DNA of 64,000 nt, taken from positions 544,001-608,000 of the forward strand of contig JBFWWG010000001.1 of assembly GCA_050246315.1 (NCBI GenBank). Direction: 5' to 3'. The notes under the pieces are model-generated. The model made no database searches. It saw only the letters and a list, made by a program, of their open reading frames with translations, and was not told the DNA's origin. Both the position numbers and the translations under genes were made by a program. Positions 33,163 to 43,095 of this stretch are shown piece after piece. The stretch is from Nitrospiraceae bacterium (lineage in GTDB: Bacteria > Nitrospirota > Nitrospiria > Nitrospirales > Nitrospiraceae). Every line of letters begins with the position of its first letter. Within the stretch, counting starts at the first letter, position 1.

Positions 33163-33617
33163 GGTCCGTGCTCCACCACGATCTGTGCGCGCATCTGATG
33201 TCCCGGCATGTCGCAGATATAGCCGAACTCGCCGGGATTCGCAGGTGTGAAACGAATCTCCGCCCGGCCTTCCGGCGGAATGATTACCCGCTTAAAGCCT
33301 TCCTCGCCGAACTCGGGAGCGCCGTTGCCGCCTATATTCAGATTCACGCCGCGCAGAAGATCTTGCGGGACGAACGAATGCAGCTCGGTGTCGAGATTTT
33401 CAAACACGAGCATGGCCGGCTGTCCGACTCGGAGCGTAACGAGGGAAGGATGAAATTGTCGAGCCTTGATCGTGATCACGACAGGGGGCTGATCGAGGGA
33501 GGCGGATACGTGCAGGGGCATTCCCGTGAAGACGGTGCACGCCACGACCGCGACGATCCATTCCGTAGCGGCAAGAACCCTGTGCGCCCGAGGCGTTGCT
33601 TGGTGAAGGTGAGGCAT
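33159..33617 (-). CDS. Cupredoxin-domain protein
   Basis: His in ELHSF plus CDMPGHQM type-1 Cu ligand loop; signal peptide. Confidence 0.85.
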   Translation of the reverse strand: MPHLHQATPRAHRVLAATEWIVAVVACTVFTGMPLHVSASLDQPPVVITIKARQFHPSLVTLRVGQPAMLVFENLDTELHSFVPQDLLRGVNLNIGGNGAPEFGEEGFKRVIIPPEGRAEIRFTPANPGEFGYICDMPGHQMRAQIVVEHGP

Positions 33618-33693
33618 CGGTCAGCTCATTCTAACATGTTCCTGTGGCGACGGTGGAGCGCGAGGTATCGAGTCGGGAGGCAGCGGGGAGAGG

Positions 33694-33996
33694 CTACCGA
33701 GCGCCGGCTGCGTGCAGGATCTGGCGGCGGAGTTGGGCCTTGGCGGAGACGGAGAGCGGTTTTGGGGTCAATTGACGACACAGAGAGATGGTCTGACGCA
33801 GCGAGGTAACGAAGGTCTCGCAGTTGGGGCAGGCGCCGAGGTGCCTGCGGATTTCAGCGCAGACGTCCTGAGCCAGGTCGTCGTCAAGATAATCGGATAA
33901 CTGTCTCAGGATGTGGAGACAATGGGCCGTGCCTTTTCGGGACCCGCTCGGCTGGCCGGATCGTCGCGGAGCGCGGTGTGCTCGTTCCTGTGCCAT
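33694..33996 (-). CDS. Soluble zf-HC2 anti-sigma factor
   Basis: C..LSDYLD..L...HLGACPNC (HxxxCxxC); directly after the ECF sigma; no TM. Confidence 0.88.
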   Translation of the reverse strand: MAQERAHRAPRRSGQPSGSRKGTAHCLHILRQLSDYLDDDLAQDVCAEIRRHLGACPNCETFVTSLRQTISLCRQLTPKPLSVSAKAQLRRQILHAAGAR

Positions 33997-34005
33997 GGAG
34001 AACCT

Positions 34006-34665
34006 CTACATTATACCCGAGTCCAGCTCCTCGGTGTGCTTGTGCCGATGGCCCGGCGTCAGAGGTGTGCCGACGCCTCGCGCGCTCAGCTCGCGACGGA
34101 CGAACAGACGAGCGCGATGGAGTCGCGATTTGACGGCCCGTTCGTTGAGGCCCATCACGGCGCCCACTTCTCTGGCGCTGATCCCTTCCATGTCGCGCAG
34201 GACCAGCACCATGCGGTATTTCGGAGGAAGCCGGCCGATAGCTTGATCCAGCGCGCGGCGAAGCTGCTTATTGACCAAGGCCTCCTCCGGCGTCAGACCC
34301 TCCACCGGAATCTGAAGACGGAGCTCCCCGTCGGTGGTAGGAATGAAATCCTCCAGGGATAACTCGCGCTCAGGCTGGCCCTTACGCTTGCGTCTCAGTC
34401 GCTGGCAGACGCGGGAGGCGATCGTATATAGCCAGGTTGAAACCTGAGATTCTCCCCGAAAATCCTTGTAGCCGCGGTAGGCGTTCAGAAACGTGTCCTG
34501 GACGACGTCCTTAGCTGCCTCAGGTTCGCCGCACAGACGCTGAGCATAACGGAAGATGCGATCGACATGTTCCCGATAGAGATCGTCGAATGACAAGCGT
34601 TCATGGCCGTCCGATTGGCCGTCGGTCGATCCGATTTCTGGCAGAGTCAGCGCTGAGCGGGCCAT
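34006..34665 (-). CDS. ECF RNA polymerase sigma factor
   Basis: AKDVVQDTFLNAY, STWLYTIA (region 2); VLVLRDMEG, VKSRLHRAR (region 4). Confidence 0.93.
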   Translation of the reverse strand: MARSALTLPEIGSTDGQSDGHERLSFDDLYREHVDRIFRYAQRLCGEPEAAKDVVQDTFLNAYRGYKDFRGESQVSTWLYTIASRVCQRLRRKRKGQPERELSLEDFIPTTDGELRLQIPVEGLTPEEALVNKQLRRALDQAIGRLPPKYRMVLVLRDMEGISAREVGAVMGLNERAVKSRLHRARLFVRRELSARGVGTPLTPGHRHKHTEELDSGIM

Positions 34666-34674
34666 GAGGGGTCG

Positions 34675-34704
34675 AGTCTAATGACCCGATTTCATGAGTG
34701 TCAA
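34675..34704 (-). promoter_or_regulatory. Sigma70-type promoter of the ECF sigma gene
   Basis: TTGACA-N18-TAGACT, 9 nt before the ATG; short GGGTC/GACCC IR straddles the -10. Confidence 0.55.
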
Positions 34705-34798
34705 GGCTGGTGGGTCGGGGGGGGGGGGTGGATGGCGTCGCGGATTCTGCCGCACTCTCCGGTATGCGCAGTCCGGAGAGTTCGAGGAGACGGACGAA

Positions 34799-35842
34799 TC
34801 AATAGCCCTTGCGAATCTCGACGACGGACCCCTCGCCGTTCAGTTCGACGATGACCGGCGATCCTTCCTTGAGTCCGGCGAGCGTTCTGTCGGCCTGATC
34901 GGCGGGAAATTGCTGCTCGCCTTCCGGAGTCCAGAGCGTCAACTCGCGCTTCTCCGGCGTGGAATAGGTGAGTTTCCCTGTGAGGAGCCGCGAAGTGGGC
35001 TGGTCCGCTCCATTGGGACGAAGCTCCACGGCCATGTTCGTATCATGAATCCACAGCGTGAGGTCCTGCCCCACCTTGGCCTGTTTCAAGCCGGTCTTTG
35101 AACTGATGGGGAGCATTCCGACCGGTGTCCGCAAAAAGGTGTAGCCGGCCTTCAGTTTGGCGACTGAGCCGCTGATCTTCATCTCCGTCTGGTTGGAGTG
35201 GGTGGGGACCTGGCTGATCTGCAGGTCGTACTGGAGATTGTGCAAACCCACCACCGTGTCTGCGGCGTTGACTTCGACCGTGACCGGCTTGCCGGCGGGC
35301 TGAGCGGCGATCTTTCCGGCCAAGGTTCCCGCGGAGAATCTGCGCTCGCCATCCGGTGTCCACAAGAGCAGGTCCTGCTTATCGGGTGAAGCAAGAACCA
35401 GCGGTCCCCATAGATAACGGCGCGTGGGTTTGTCCTGTCCCTTGGACATGATATCCACGGCTCCATGCGAGCCGTGGATCCAGAGGGTCACGTGGTGAGC
35501 GCCGCGCAGATCGCGTAGACAAGTCTGGCAGGTCAAGGTCAACAGGCCGACCGGCGTTCTCAGGAACACGAATCCCGGTTTCATGCGCCAGACGGTTCCG
35601 CCGACCTGGATCCAAGGATCGACGTCCTCCGTCATTGTGGTCGCGGCCGGCGTTTCCGGCACCGGTTGGGCTTCGGTCTCCTCCGTCGGGGTCGGAGTCT
35701 CATCGGGCGTCGGTTCCTGGATAGAAGGTGAATCTTCCGCTGCCGGCAATGACTGGGCGGAAGCAGTGGACAGGATGAGGCCCATTCCGAAGGCGAGCGT
35801 CAGCAACCCGGAGCCGAGAACACACAAGAAACGATGGTTCAT
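34799..35842 (-). CDS. Hypothetical exported protein with two tandem ~125-aa beta-rich repeats
   Basis: Signal peptide, P/T/E linker; FLRTPVG, TLWIH and LWTP(D/E)GE each occur twice. Confidence 0.75.
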   Translation of the reverse strand: MNHRFLCVLGSGLLTLAFGMGLILSTASAQSLPAAEDSPSIQEPTPDETPTPTEETEAQPVPETPAATTMTEDVDPWIQVGGTVWRMKPGFVFLRTPVGLLTLTCQTCLRDLRGAHHVTLWIHGSHGAVDIMSKGQDKPTRRYLWGPLVLASPDKQDLLLWTPDGERRFSAGTLAGKIAAQPAGKPVTVEVNAADTVVGLHNLQYDLQISQVPTHSNQTEMKISGSVAKLKAGYTFLRTPVGMLPISSKTGLKQAKVGQDLTLWIHDTNMAVELRPNGADQPTSRLLTGKLTYSTPEKRELTLWTPEGEQQFPADQADRTLAGLKEGSPVIVELNGEGSVVEIRKGY

Positions 35843-36042
35843 AACAAACCTTCGAGAGAGTGAATGGTTTCAGCGGCAACGTTACGGAGTCTGGAGCAAA
35901 ATGTCCGTCATCTGTTCGCGAATAACACGCAGGTGGAAGGCTGTCAAGCGGATTGCCGGATCAAGCGGCGACGCCGGTCCGTCACGTGACGCGACGTATC
36001 GGCCGTTCGTTGCCCGACGAGCCGCTCGCCTCGACCGAGTGA

Positions 36043-36429
36043 TCAGGCCTTCTGGAGGGTGACGAGAATTCTCGTCTGTGCAAGGGAGGATCGAGAGGGA
36101 AAGACAAAGGCCCGCAGCATCATCGCTTCGGGAGATTGACCGACGGATCGCTTCACCTCGAACGGCCGCCAGTCGGCCGCTTCTTCCCGATCGGACAAAA
36201 CGTCCTGGATCTCGGAACAGAATGTTTCGACCGACGGAGGCAGTCCGTTTGCACCAGCTCGTTGTTCCCGCCGCTGCAGGTCGCCCAGGAGCTGGGAGGC
36301 CTGTTCGTCGAGATGCAGGACTCGGCTGGACGATGAGAGGACCAGGAGTCCGACTTTCGAAGTGAGGGACGGCACATACCCCTGAGACACGTTCGAGGCA
36401 ACCAACTGTTCTTCCATGAGTTCCGCCAT
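36043..36429 (-). CDS. Hypothetical protein (PAS-like N-region)
   Basis: GLLVLSSSSRVLHLDEQASQLL resembles a PAS start; no family confirmed. Confidence 0.5.
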   Translation of the reverse strand: MAELMEEQLVASNVSQGYVPSLTSKVGLLVLSSSSRVLHLDEQASQLLGDLQRREQRAGANGLPPSVETFCSEIQDVLSDREEAADWRPFEVKRSVGQSPEAMMLRAFVFPSRSSLAQTRILVTLQKA

Positions 36430-36877
36430 GTGATGGGTTGTTGAATATTGTTAATCAGTATGTGAGTGCCTACAGGGTGCCAGGACGAAATCGAGGCCTC
36501 GAACGTCGGTGATTGCGGAGTGCCTCGGCTGCATGTCCGCTCATCAATCGTCGAGCGCACAGGGCGCGTGACACGTGCACTCGGCTCTCCCTACGACCCG
36601 ATGCGGTTACTTGGATGTGAAGGTCCCAGTTACATTCGACCGAGGCAACTCGCCCGTAATTTACAGGCAAGACAACAAGCAAATTTCACGCCATTGTTGG
36701 CGGATGGCGGATGATTAGGTTACCGATGTCCTGGTCAGCGATTTTGGAGATTCGTCACGGGAATGGCTTGGTCATGTCGGCGTGCAGGCGTATCCAAATG
36801 TCTGCAACTGTATCTTTCTGGTTCTGTAGGAATTGAGCTATGGCGAACAGACACCCGCTCAGACCCCATCCGAGTCA

Positions 36878-38233
36878 TTACTTCTTTCGAACAAGAATGC
36901 GGATGGGCGTCCCGCTCAACGGGAACTGGTCGCGCAGCCGGTTCTCCAGAAAACGCAGATAGGCGCTGGTGATGCCCTCGGGATGACCGACGAACAGGGC
37001 AAACACCGGCGGCTTCGTGGCCACTTGGGTGATAAAGGCCGACCGGGCCGTCTTTGTGATGCGACCCTTGCGCATCGGCAAGGGATTGCTCTCCAGCACC
37101 TGTTGGAAAAATTGATTCAGCGGGCCGGTCGGAATGCGGTTGGTGAAGGAGGCGACGATCTGCTCGATCAACGGAAACAGCGGACGCAACGAGTCCGGCT
37201 TCAGGGCAGAGGCATAGAGCACGGGGGCCCACGTCAAAAAGGAAAAGCGGCGGTGCAGATCGGCCTCATAGGCCTGCTTGGCTCCGGCCTCGTGCGTGCG
37301 TAGATCCCATTTGTTGACCAGCAGGATGCAGGCGCGCCCCTGGCGCAGGACCAATCCGGCGATCTTGGTGTCTTGTTCCGTCAGGCCTTCCTCCGCATCC
37401 AGCAGCAGGACCGCCACGTCCGACCGGCCGAGCGCGCGCAAGGACCGGGCCACGCTATACCCTTCAATCCCACGCTCAATACGGCCGCGCCGCCTGATGC
37501 CGGCCGTGTCCGTGAAGATATAGTGCCGACCGTCCAACGTGGCGAGGGTGTCGATGGGGTCGCGCGTGGTGCCGGGAATGTTGCTGACCACGCAGCGCTC
37601 TTGTCCAAGGATGCCGTTGACCAACGTCGATTTCCCAACGTTGGGTCGTCCGACGATGGCGATGCGCGGCACATCCGCCAGCGATCCCTCAGGAGGCTGT
37701 TCGGGGAGGTGGGGATAGACGGCCTCCAGCACATCATCGACACCGATCCCATGTTCGGCGGAGACGGGATAGAGGTGATCCACACCCAAACGGTAGAAAT
37801 CGGCCACCAACGGCTCCGCCTTGGCTGTGTCGATTTTATTGATCGCATGGTAAACGGGCTTCGTGATCCCGCGCAGCAGCGAGACCACCGCTTCATCGGC
37901 CGGCGTGACCCCATCGCGCCCGTCCATCACGAGGATGAGCACGTCGGCCTCGGCGATCGCCAGTTGTGTCTGGTGCCGGATCAAGGCCAACATCCCTTCG
38001 GTGGCGCTCGGGTCAAGCCCGCCCGTATCCACCAATCTGAAGGGGCGTCCTCGAAAGGAGGCTTCGGCATAGTTGCGGTCGCGTGTCACGCCGGGGACAT
38101 CGTCCACGATTGCGGAGCGGTGGCCTAGAATCCGGTTGAATAGTGTGGACTTCCCCACGTTCGGCCGTCCGATGATCGCCACGGTGGGAAGCAGGGCTGA
38201 GTGCCGGGTACTGGGTGCTGAGCGTACAGTCAT
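36878..38233 (-). CDS. der: Ribosome biogenesis GTPase Der (EngA)
   Basis: Two GRPNVGKST P-loops, DTGG/DTAG, NKID/NKWD, C-terminal KH-like domain. Confidence 0.97.
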   Translation of the reverse strand: MTVRSAPSTRHSALLPTVAIIGRPNVGKSTLFNRILGHRSAIVDDVPGVTRDRNYAEASFRGRPFRLVDTGGLDPSATEGMLALIRHQTQLAIAEADVLILVMDGRDGVTPADEAVVSLLRGITKPVYHAINKIDTAKAEPLVADFYRLGVDHLYPVSAEHGIGVDDVLEAVYPHLPEQPPEGSLADVPRIAIVGRPNVGKSTLVNGILGQERCVVSNIPGTTRDPIDTLATLDGRHYIFTDTAGIRRRGRIERGIEGYSVARSLRALGRSDVAVLLLDAEEGLTEQDTKIAGLVLRQGRACILLVNKWDLRTHEAGAKQAYEADLHRRFSFLTWAPVLYASALKPDSLRPLFPLIEQIVASFTNRIPTGPLNQFFQQVLESNPLPMRKGRITKTARSAFITQVATKPPVFALFVGHPEGITSAYLRFLENRLRDQFPLSGTPIRILVRKK

Positions 38234-38366
38234 GGACTTGAATGAGAACGGGATGGTCGGACCGTAACACAGGAATTTTGACAAACACAACGAGCCTCGT
38301 CTTCGCTCTCGGCCTCCGCTATACTCCTCTCTATGACTCAGCACTCAGCACGTAGTCCTCGGCACT
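38196..38366. repeat. Inverted pair of heptamer (ACTCAGC-type) arrays in the 5' ends of der and the HAD gene
   Basis: GCTGAGT-like units at 38196-38222; ACTCAGC-like units at 38336-38366. Confidence 0.7.
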
Positions 38367-39019
38367 GCCTCGACTGGGACCGCATCGATCATGTCCTGCT
38401 GGACATGGACGGCACGCTGCTCGACCGGCATTTCGACAATTATTTCTTTGAAGATGCGCTACCGCGCCGGTATGCCGCCCTACACCGGCTCTCCTTCGAG
38501 CAGGCGCGGGACACCCTCATGGATATGTATCGGTCGGTCGAGGGGGAATTGGCCTGGACCGATCTCCACTACTGGACAAGCCGAGTGGGGTTGGATGTCG
38601 TCGCCCTCCACCGGGAGTTGAATCATCTGATCGATTTTCTCCCGGACGCCCTGCCGTTTCTCAAGGCATTACAGCGCCGAGGCAAACGTGTCACGATCGT
38701 GACCAACGCGCATGGAGCCGGGGTGGCCGTCAAGGTCGCGAAAACGGGCTTGGATCGCTATGTCGATCGGATCGTGAATGCGTTCGAGGTCGGTTGCCTG
38801 AAAATGCGGCCTGAATACTGGCCGGTCTGCCAACGGCTGGTCGGGTTCGACCCCGCCCGCTCTTTATATATCGATGATGATGAAGGGTGCCTCCGGGCCG
38901 CACACGGCTTTGGGGTGGCCTACCTGTACCACCGGTCCAAATCCAGCTCTCAGCTCGACCCAGAGCCTTCCGACACCTTCCATTCGCTCGAGCATTTCGG
39001 GACGCTGACAGAGATCTGA
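38333..39019 (+). CDS. HAD-family hydrolase (YrfG-like GMP/IMP nucleotidase)
   Basis: LLDMDGTLLDRHFDNYF, IVTNAH, LYIDD. Confidence 0.88.
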   Translation: MTQHSARSPRHCLDWDRIDHVLLDMDGTLLDRHFDNYFFEDALPRRYAALHRLSFEQARDTLMDMYRSVEGELAWTDLHYWTSRVGLDVVALHRELNHLIDFLPDALPFLKALQRRGKRVTIVTNAHGAGVAVKVAKTGLDRYVDRIVNAFEVGCLKMRPEYWPVCQRLVGFDPARSLYIDDDEGCLRAAHGFGVAYLYHRSKSSSQLDPEPSDTFHSLEHFGTLTEI

Positions 39020-39041
39020 GCGACAGCTTGCCAGGTCGCGA

Positions 39042-39656
39042 TCACGCTCGGGCCCGTCCCCGATACATCGTGCCGGCGACGCGCGGCACGCCTGGCAGCT
39101 CGAACCGGTCGAGCCGGTCGAGCGTCAAGCCTGAGTCGAGGATCAGCCGGTCGATGCGCCGGTTTAGGTTGCAGCCGCAGGCGACGACATTTTGAATCGG
39201 ATTCAGCCGATCCTGCCAGGCCGCCACCCGCAGATTGTCGCTCCGGCCATGCTCGGTAAAGAGAAACAGCCCGTCTGGTTTCAAGACGCGCTTCACTTCC
39301 CGCAACGCGGCAATCGGATCGGAGATCGTGCAGAGGGTCCAGGTGCTCACGGCGCAATCGAACCGGCCTTCGTCGAAGGGCAGGCTTTCCGCCGTCATCG
39401 TGACAACCTGCACGGGAAAGGAGACGGCACGAGAACGATCGGCCACGCGCTCCTGGAGTGCCCGCATCGGATCGACTGCGGTAAGGCGCGCGACCGACGG
39501 GGGATAATGCGGAAGGTTCAGTCCCGTGCCAAAGCCGATTTCGAGCACGTCCCCGAAAGCGGGCGCGAGCGCCTTGGCTCGTTCCTGTTGGAACAGCCTC
39601 CGTCTCATGCTCCAGTCCATGAGGCGTGGGAAAATATGGTGCGCATAGAGGCCCAT
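39042..39656 (-). CDS. Class I SAM-dependent methyltransferase
   Basis: [28 protein letters not shown]; only the last 204 aa of the 803-aa track ORF. Confidence 0.9.
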   Translation of the reverse strand: MGLYAHHIFPRLMDWSMRRRLFQQERAKALAPAFGDVLEIGFGTGLNLPHYPPSVARLTAVDPMRALQERVADRSRAVSFPVQVVTMTAESLPFDEGRFDCAVSTWTLCTISDPIAALREVKRVLKPDGLFLFTEHGRSDNLRVAAWQDRLNPIQNVVACGCNLNRRIDRLILDSGLTLDRLDRFELPGVPRVAGTMYRGRARA

Positions 39657-39815
39657 CTGCGGCAGGAGTATAACAGAGACGGTCTGGCACACCCTTCGCG
39701 CAACCTTCTGAGGCTCCCTCTTCCGACACCGCTCTGCTTGAGGGGTCATTCGGTGTGTGTTATGGTCCAACGTTTTAATCAAGGTGAGAGTTCCTCCAAC
39801 CGCCCCGTCATCGCC

Positions 39816-42257
39816 ATGAGCCGTCCGTACGATTTTCAAGCCATCGAAACCAAGTGGCAGGCCTATTGGGAGGAACACCGCTCGTTTCGGGCAAGCGAGG
39901 ATCGCGGGAAGCCCAAATTCTACTGCCTCGACATGTTCCCCTATCCTTCCGGGTCCGGGCTTCATGTCGGCCATCTGGAAGGCTACACGGCGACCGACAT
40001 TGTCTCGCGCTACAAGCGGATGCGCGGGTTTAACGTCCTGCATCCGATGGGATGGGATGCCTTCGGCCTCCCGGCCGAACAATATGCCGTGAAGACCGGC
40101 ATCCACCCTGCCATCACCACCGCCCAGAACATCGCCACCTTCAAGCGCCAGATGAAGCGGGTCGGGCTCTCGTACGACTGGGATCGCGAACTCAGCACGA
40201 CCGACCCCGATTACTATCGCTGGACGCAGTGGATCTTCTTGCAGCTTTACAAACGCGGGCTCGCCTATGTGGCCGAAGTGCCGGTCAACTGGTGCCCGGG
40301 ATTGGGGACGGTGCTTGCGAACGAGGAAGTGATCGATGGCAAGAGCGAAGTCGGCGGGTTCGAGGTGGTCCGCAGGCCCATGCGGCAATGGGTGCTGAAG
40401 ATCACCGCCTATGCCGATCGGCTGTTGGACGAGCTGAAGCTGGTCGAGTGGCCAACCTCCACCTTGGAGATGCAGAAGAACTGGATTGGGCGGTCCATTG
40501 GAGCCGAGGTCGAGTTCGCCTTGGCGCATGTCCACGGCAATCTGCGGATCTTCACGACCAGACCCGACACGCTGTTCGGCGCCACCTACATGGTCCTCGC
40601 TCCCGAACATCCGCTTGTGGAGGTGGTGACCGTGTCGGACCGGCAGGCCGAGGTGCGTGCCTACCAAGAAGCGGCGGCGCGCAAGAGCGATCTCCAACGT
40701 CAGGAGCTGGAAAAAGAAAAAAGCGGCGTCTTCACCGGCGGCTCTGCGATCAATCCCGTGAACGGCGAACGGCTGCCGATCTGGATCGCCGATTACGTGA
40801 TGATGGGCTACGGCACGGGCGCCATCATGGCGGTGCCGGCCCACGACGAACGGGACTGGGCCTTTGCGCGCAAGTACGCGCTCCCCATTCGCGAGGTCGT
40901 CTCCGGCGGAGACACCGACAAGGGGGCCTTTGTCGAGATCGACCAGGGGACCATGGTCAACTCCACGACGCCCGACGGCGCCTTCTCGATCGACGGTCTC
41001 AAGCCGGCCGACGCGATCCCGACCATCACGAATTGGCTGGAGACTCAGGGCAAGGGCCGCAAGACAATCACCTACAAGTTGCGCGATTGGCTCTTCGCGC
41101 GGCAACGCTATTGGGGCGAGCCGTTCCCCATTCTCTGGGTTGACGGGCAGCACCAGGCGCTGCCGGAAGAGCAGTTGCCGCTGGTGCTCCCCGAAACGAC
41201 CAACTTCACGCCCTCGGGAACCGGGGAAAGCCCGCTCGCGAACCTGGAAGACTGGCTGGTGACCGCGGATCTCGCGACCGGCCGTCCCGCTCGCCGCGAG
41301 ACCAACACCATGCCGCAGTGGGCCGGGTCCTGTTGGTACTTTCTGCGATTCATTGACGCCAAGAATCCGCGGCAACTCGTCGATCCGGAAAAAGAACGGT
41401 ACTGGATGCCGGTGGACCTTTACATCGGTGGCTCCGAACATGCCGTGTTGCATCTGTTATATGCGCGGTTCTGGCACAAGGTGCTCTACGACATCGGCGT
41501 GGTCCATTCGCCGGAGCCGTTCATGAAATTGGTGCACCAGGGCATCGTGCTCGGCGAAGACAACCAGAAGATGTCCAAGTCGCGCGGCAACGTGGTCAAC
41601 CCGGACGACATGATCGAGCGGTTCGGCGCCGATGCCGTTCGTCTCTACGAAATGTTCATGGGACCGCTGGAAGCCATGAAACCGTGGAGCACCCGCGGCG
41701 TCGAAGGCGTCACGCGGTTTCTGGATCGGGTCTGGCGGCTGGTGGTTGAGGAGAACGGCGGGCTGAATCAATCGGTCATCGAGGCCGAGCCCTCCGTGGA
41801 GACCGCGCGTCTGCTCCACCAGACGATCAAGAAGGTCACGGAGGATCTCGAATCGCTGCGGTTCAACACGGCCATCTCGCAGATGATGGTCTTGACGAAC
41901 GAGTTGACGAAGCTCGATCGAAGGCCGCGATCGGTTGTGGAATCGCTCGTCCTTCTCCTGTCGCCATTTGCGCCCCATCTGTCCGAGGAACTCTGGGAGA
42001 GACTCGGCCACAAGCCCAGCGCTGGACAACAGACTTGGCCGACCTACGATCCCACCCTGACGGTCAGCGACCGACTGGAACTGCCGATTCAGGTCAACGG
42101 GAAACTCCGCGGGAGGATCAGCGTGGCAGCCGAGGCCGGGCGCGAAGAAGTCCTGCGCCTCGCCCAGCAAGAGCCGAAGATCCAGGAGGCGCTGCAAGGC
42201 AAGGAACCGAAGAAGGTCATCTACGTTGAAAAGAAGCTGATCAATTTCGTCGTGTAA
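39816..42257 (+). CDS. leuS: Leucyl-tRNA synthetase
   Basis: [14 protein letters not shown] (HIGH-like), KMSKS, editing domain TTRPDTLFG / [12 protein letters not shown]. Confidence 0.98.
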   Translation: MSRPYDFQAIETKWQAYWEEHRSFRASEDRGKPKFYCLDMFPYPSGSGLHVGHLEGYTATDIVSRYKRMRGFNVLHPMGWDAFGLPAEQYAVKTGIHPAITTAQNIATFKRQMKRVGLSYDWDRELSTTDPDYYRWTQWIFLQLYKRGLAYVAEVPVNWCPGLGTVLANEEVIDGKSEVGGFEVVRRPMRQWVLKITAYADRLLDELKLVEWPTSTLEMQKNWIGRSIGAEVEFALAHVHGNLRIFTTRPDTLFGATYMVLAPEHPLVEVVTVSDRQAEVRAYQEAAARKSDLQRQELEKEKSGVFTGGSAINPVNGERLPIWIADYVMMGYGTGAIMAVPAHDERDWAFARKYALPIREVVSGGDTDKGAFVEIDQGTMVNSTTPDGAFSIDGLKPADAIPTITNWLETQGKGRKTITYKLRDWLFARQRYWGEPFPILWVDGQHQALPEEQLPLVLPETTNFTPSGTGESPLANLEDWLVTADLATGRPARRETNTMPQWAGSCWYFLRFIDAKNPRQLVDPEKERYWMPVDLYIGGSEHAVLHLLYARFWHKVLYDIGVVHSPEPFMKLVHQGIVLGEDNQKMSKSRGNVVNPDDMIERFGADAVRLYEMFMGPLEAMKPWSTRGVEGVTRFLDRVWRLVVEENGGLNQSVIEAEPSVETARLLHQTIKKVTEDLESLRFNTAISQMMVLTNELTKLDRRPRSVVESLVLLLSPFAPHLSEELWERLGHKPSAGQQTWPTYDPTLTVSDRLELPIQVNGKLRGRISVAAEAGREEVLRLAQQEPKIQEALQGKEPKKVIYVEKKLINFVV

Positions 42258-42260
42258 CGA

Positions 42261-42422
42261 AGTGCTGCGTGATGGGTTCTGAGTGCTGAGGCAAGCGGAA
42301 CAGAAAGAGCAAGAGTTGAAGGTCTCCCAGATGCAAGCCGCCGAATCATCCTCAGCACTGAGCACTCGGCACCCGGCACTGGCCGTAGATCCCGCAGCAC
42401 TCAGCACTGAGCACTCAGGACT
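42261..42422. repeat. Inverted pair of heptamer arrays at the leuS-lptE junction
   Basis: GCTGAGT-like units at 42261-42290; ACTCAGC/ACTGAGC units at 42351-42422. Confidence 0.8.
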
Positions 42423-43041
42423 GCTTCTCGGCGCGATGGGTGTCGTGGTCGCACTGCTCGCCGGTTGCGGCTATCAGTTCGGCGTGGAGGGACCGGGACC
42501 GACCATCGGCGGTGCGGCCCAGCCTGCCGCTCAGACGAAGCCGGGCGAGCATGTGCCGCGACTCAGCATCGTCAATCTCCGCAATGGGACCTTCGAGCCC
42601 AATCTCGACATCAAGTATTCCAACTATCTCCGCCAGGAATTCGCGACCGGCAGCGGGGCCCAGGTGGTCGGTGGAACGGAGACGGCCGATTATGTGCTGA
42701 AGGGCACCATCCTCTCTGTCCTCATCCCGACGCTCAGTTTTACCCAAACCACGACCTTGGAAAGCCGCGTGGAGGCCATCGTCATGGTGCAGGCCGAGGA
42801 CGTGCGCAGTCACAAAGTCGTGTGGGTTCAGACCGCGAAAGGGGCCTCGGAATTCTTCATCACGACCGATCTGCAATTCAATCGCGTGTTGCAAAACCGC
42901 GCGGTCGAGCAGGCGGGCCGCATGGTGGCGGCGGATCTCTCGGCGCGCTTCCAACTCTTCATCGACGATGTGCGGGAAGGGAAGGTCAAGCCGACCGAGG
43001 CCCCGCCGGAGTTCATCCCGATGCTGCCCGGCGCCAAATAG
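42283..43041 (+). CDS. lptE: LPS-assembly lipoprotein LptE-like (start uncertain)
   Basis: Lipobox LAGC followed by GYQF; conserved leuS-lptE-holA gene order. Confidence 0.75.
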   Translation: MLRQAEQKEQELKVSQMQAAESSSALSTRHPALAVDPAALSTEHSGLLLGAMGVVVALLAGCGYQFGVEGPGPTIGGAAQPAAQTKPGEHVPRLSIVNLRNGTFEPNLDIKYSNYLRQEFATGSGAQVVGGTETADYVLKGTILSVLIPTLSFTQTTTLESRVEAIVMVQAEDVRSHKVVWVQTAKGASEFFITTDLQFNRVLQNRAVEQAGRMVAADLSARFQLFIDDVREGKVKPTEAPPEFIPMLPGAK

Positions 43042-43095
43042 TCTGGACGGCGTGAGGTTTCCCATGACAGCCGCTGATGTGGAAACGTTGTCGCC

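Noticed and set aside
36430..36877. Long AT-richer intergenic region as a possible ncRNA or riboswitch
   Set aside because: No recognisable conserved motif or strong structure by eye; would need an Rfam/Infernal scan
39192..41453. 1021-aa LeuS and 803-aa methyltransferase ORFs overlapping head to head
   Set aside because: The extensions are antisense read-through of each other; credible starts are 39816 (leuS) and 39656 (methyltransferase)
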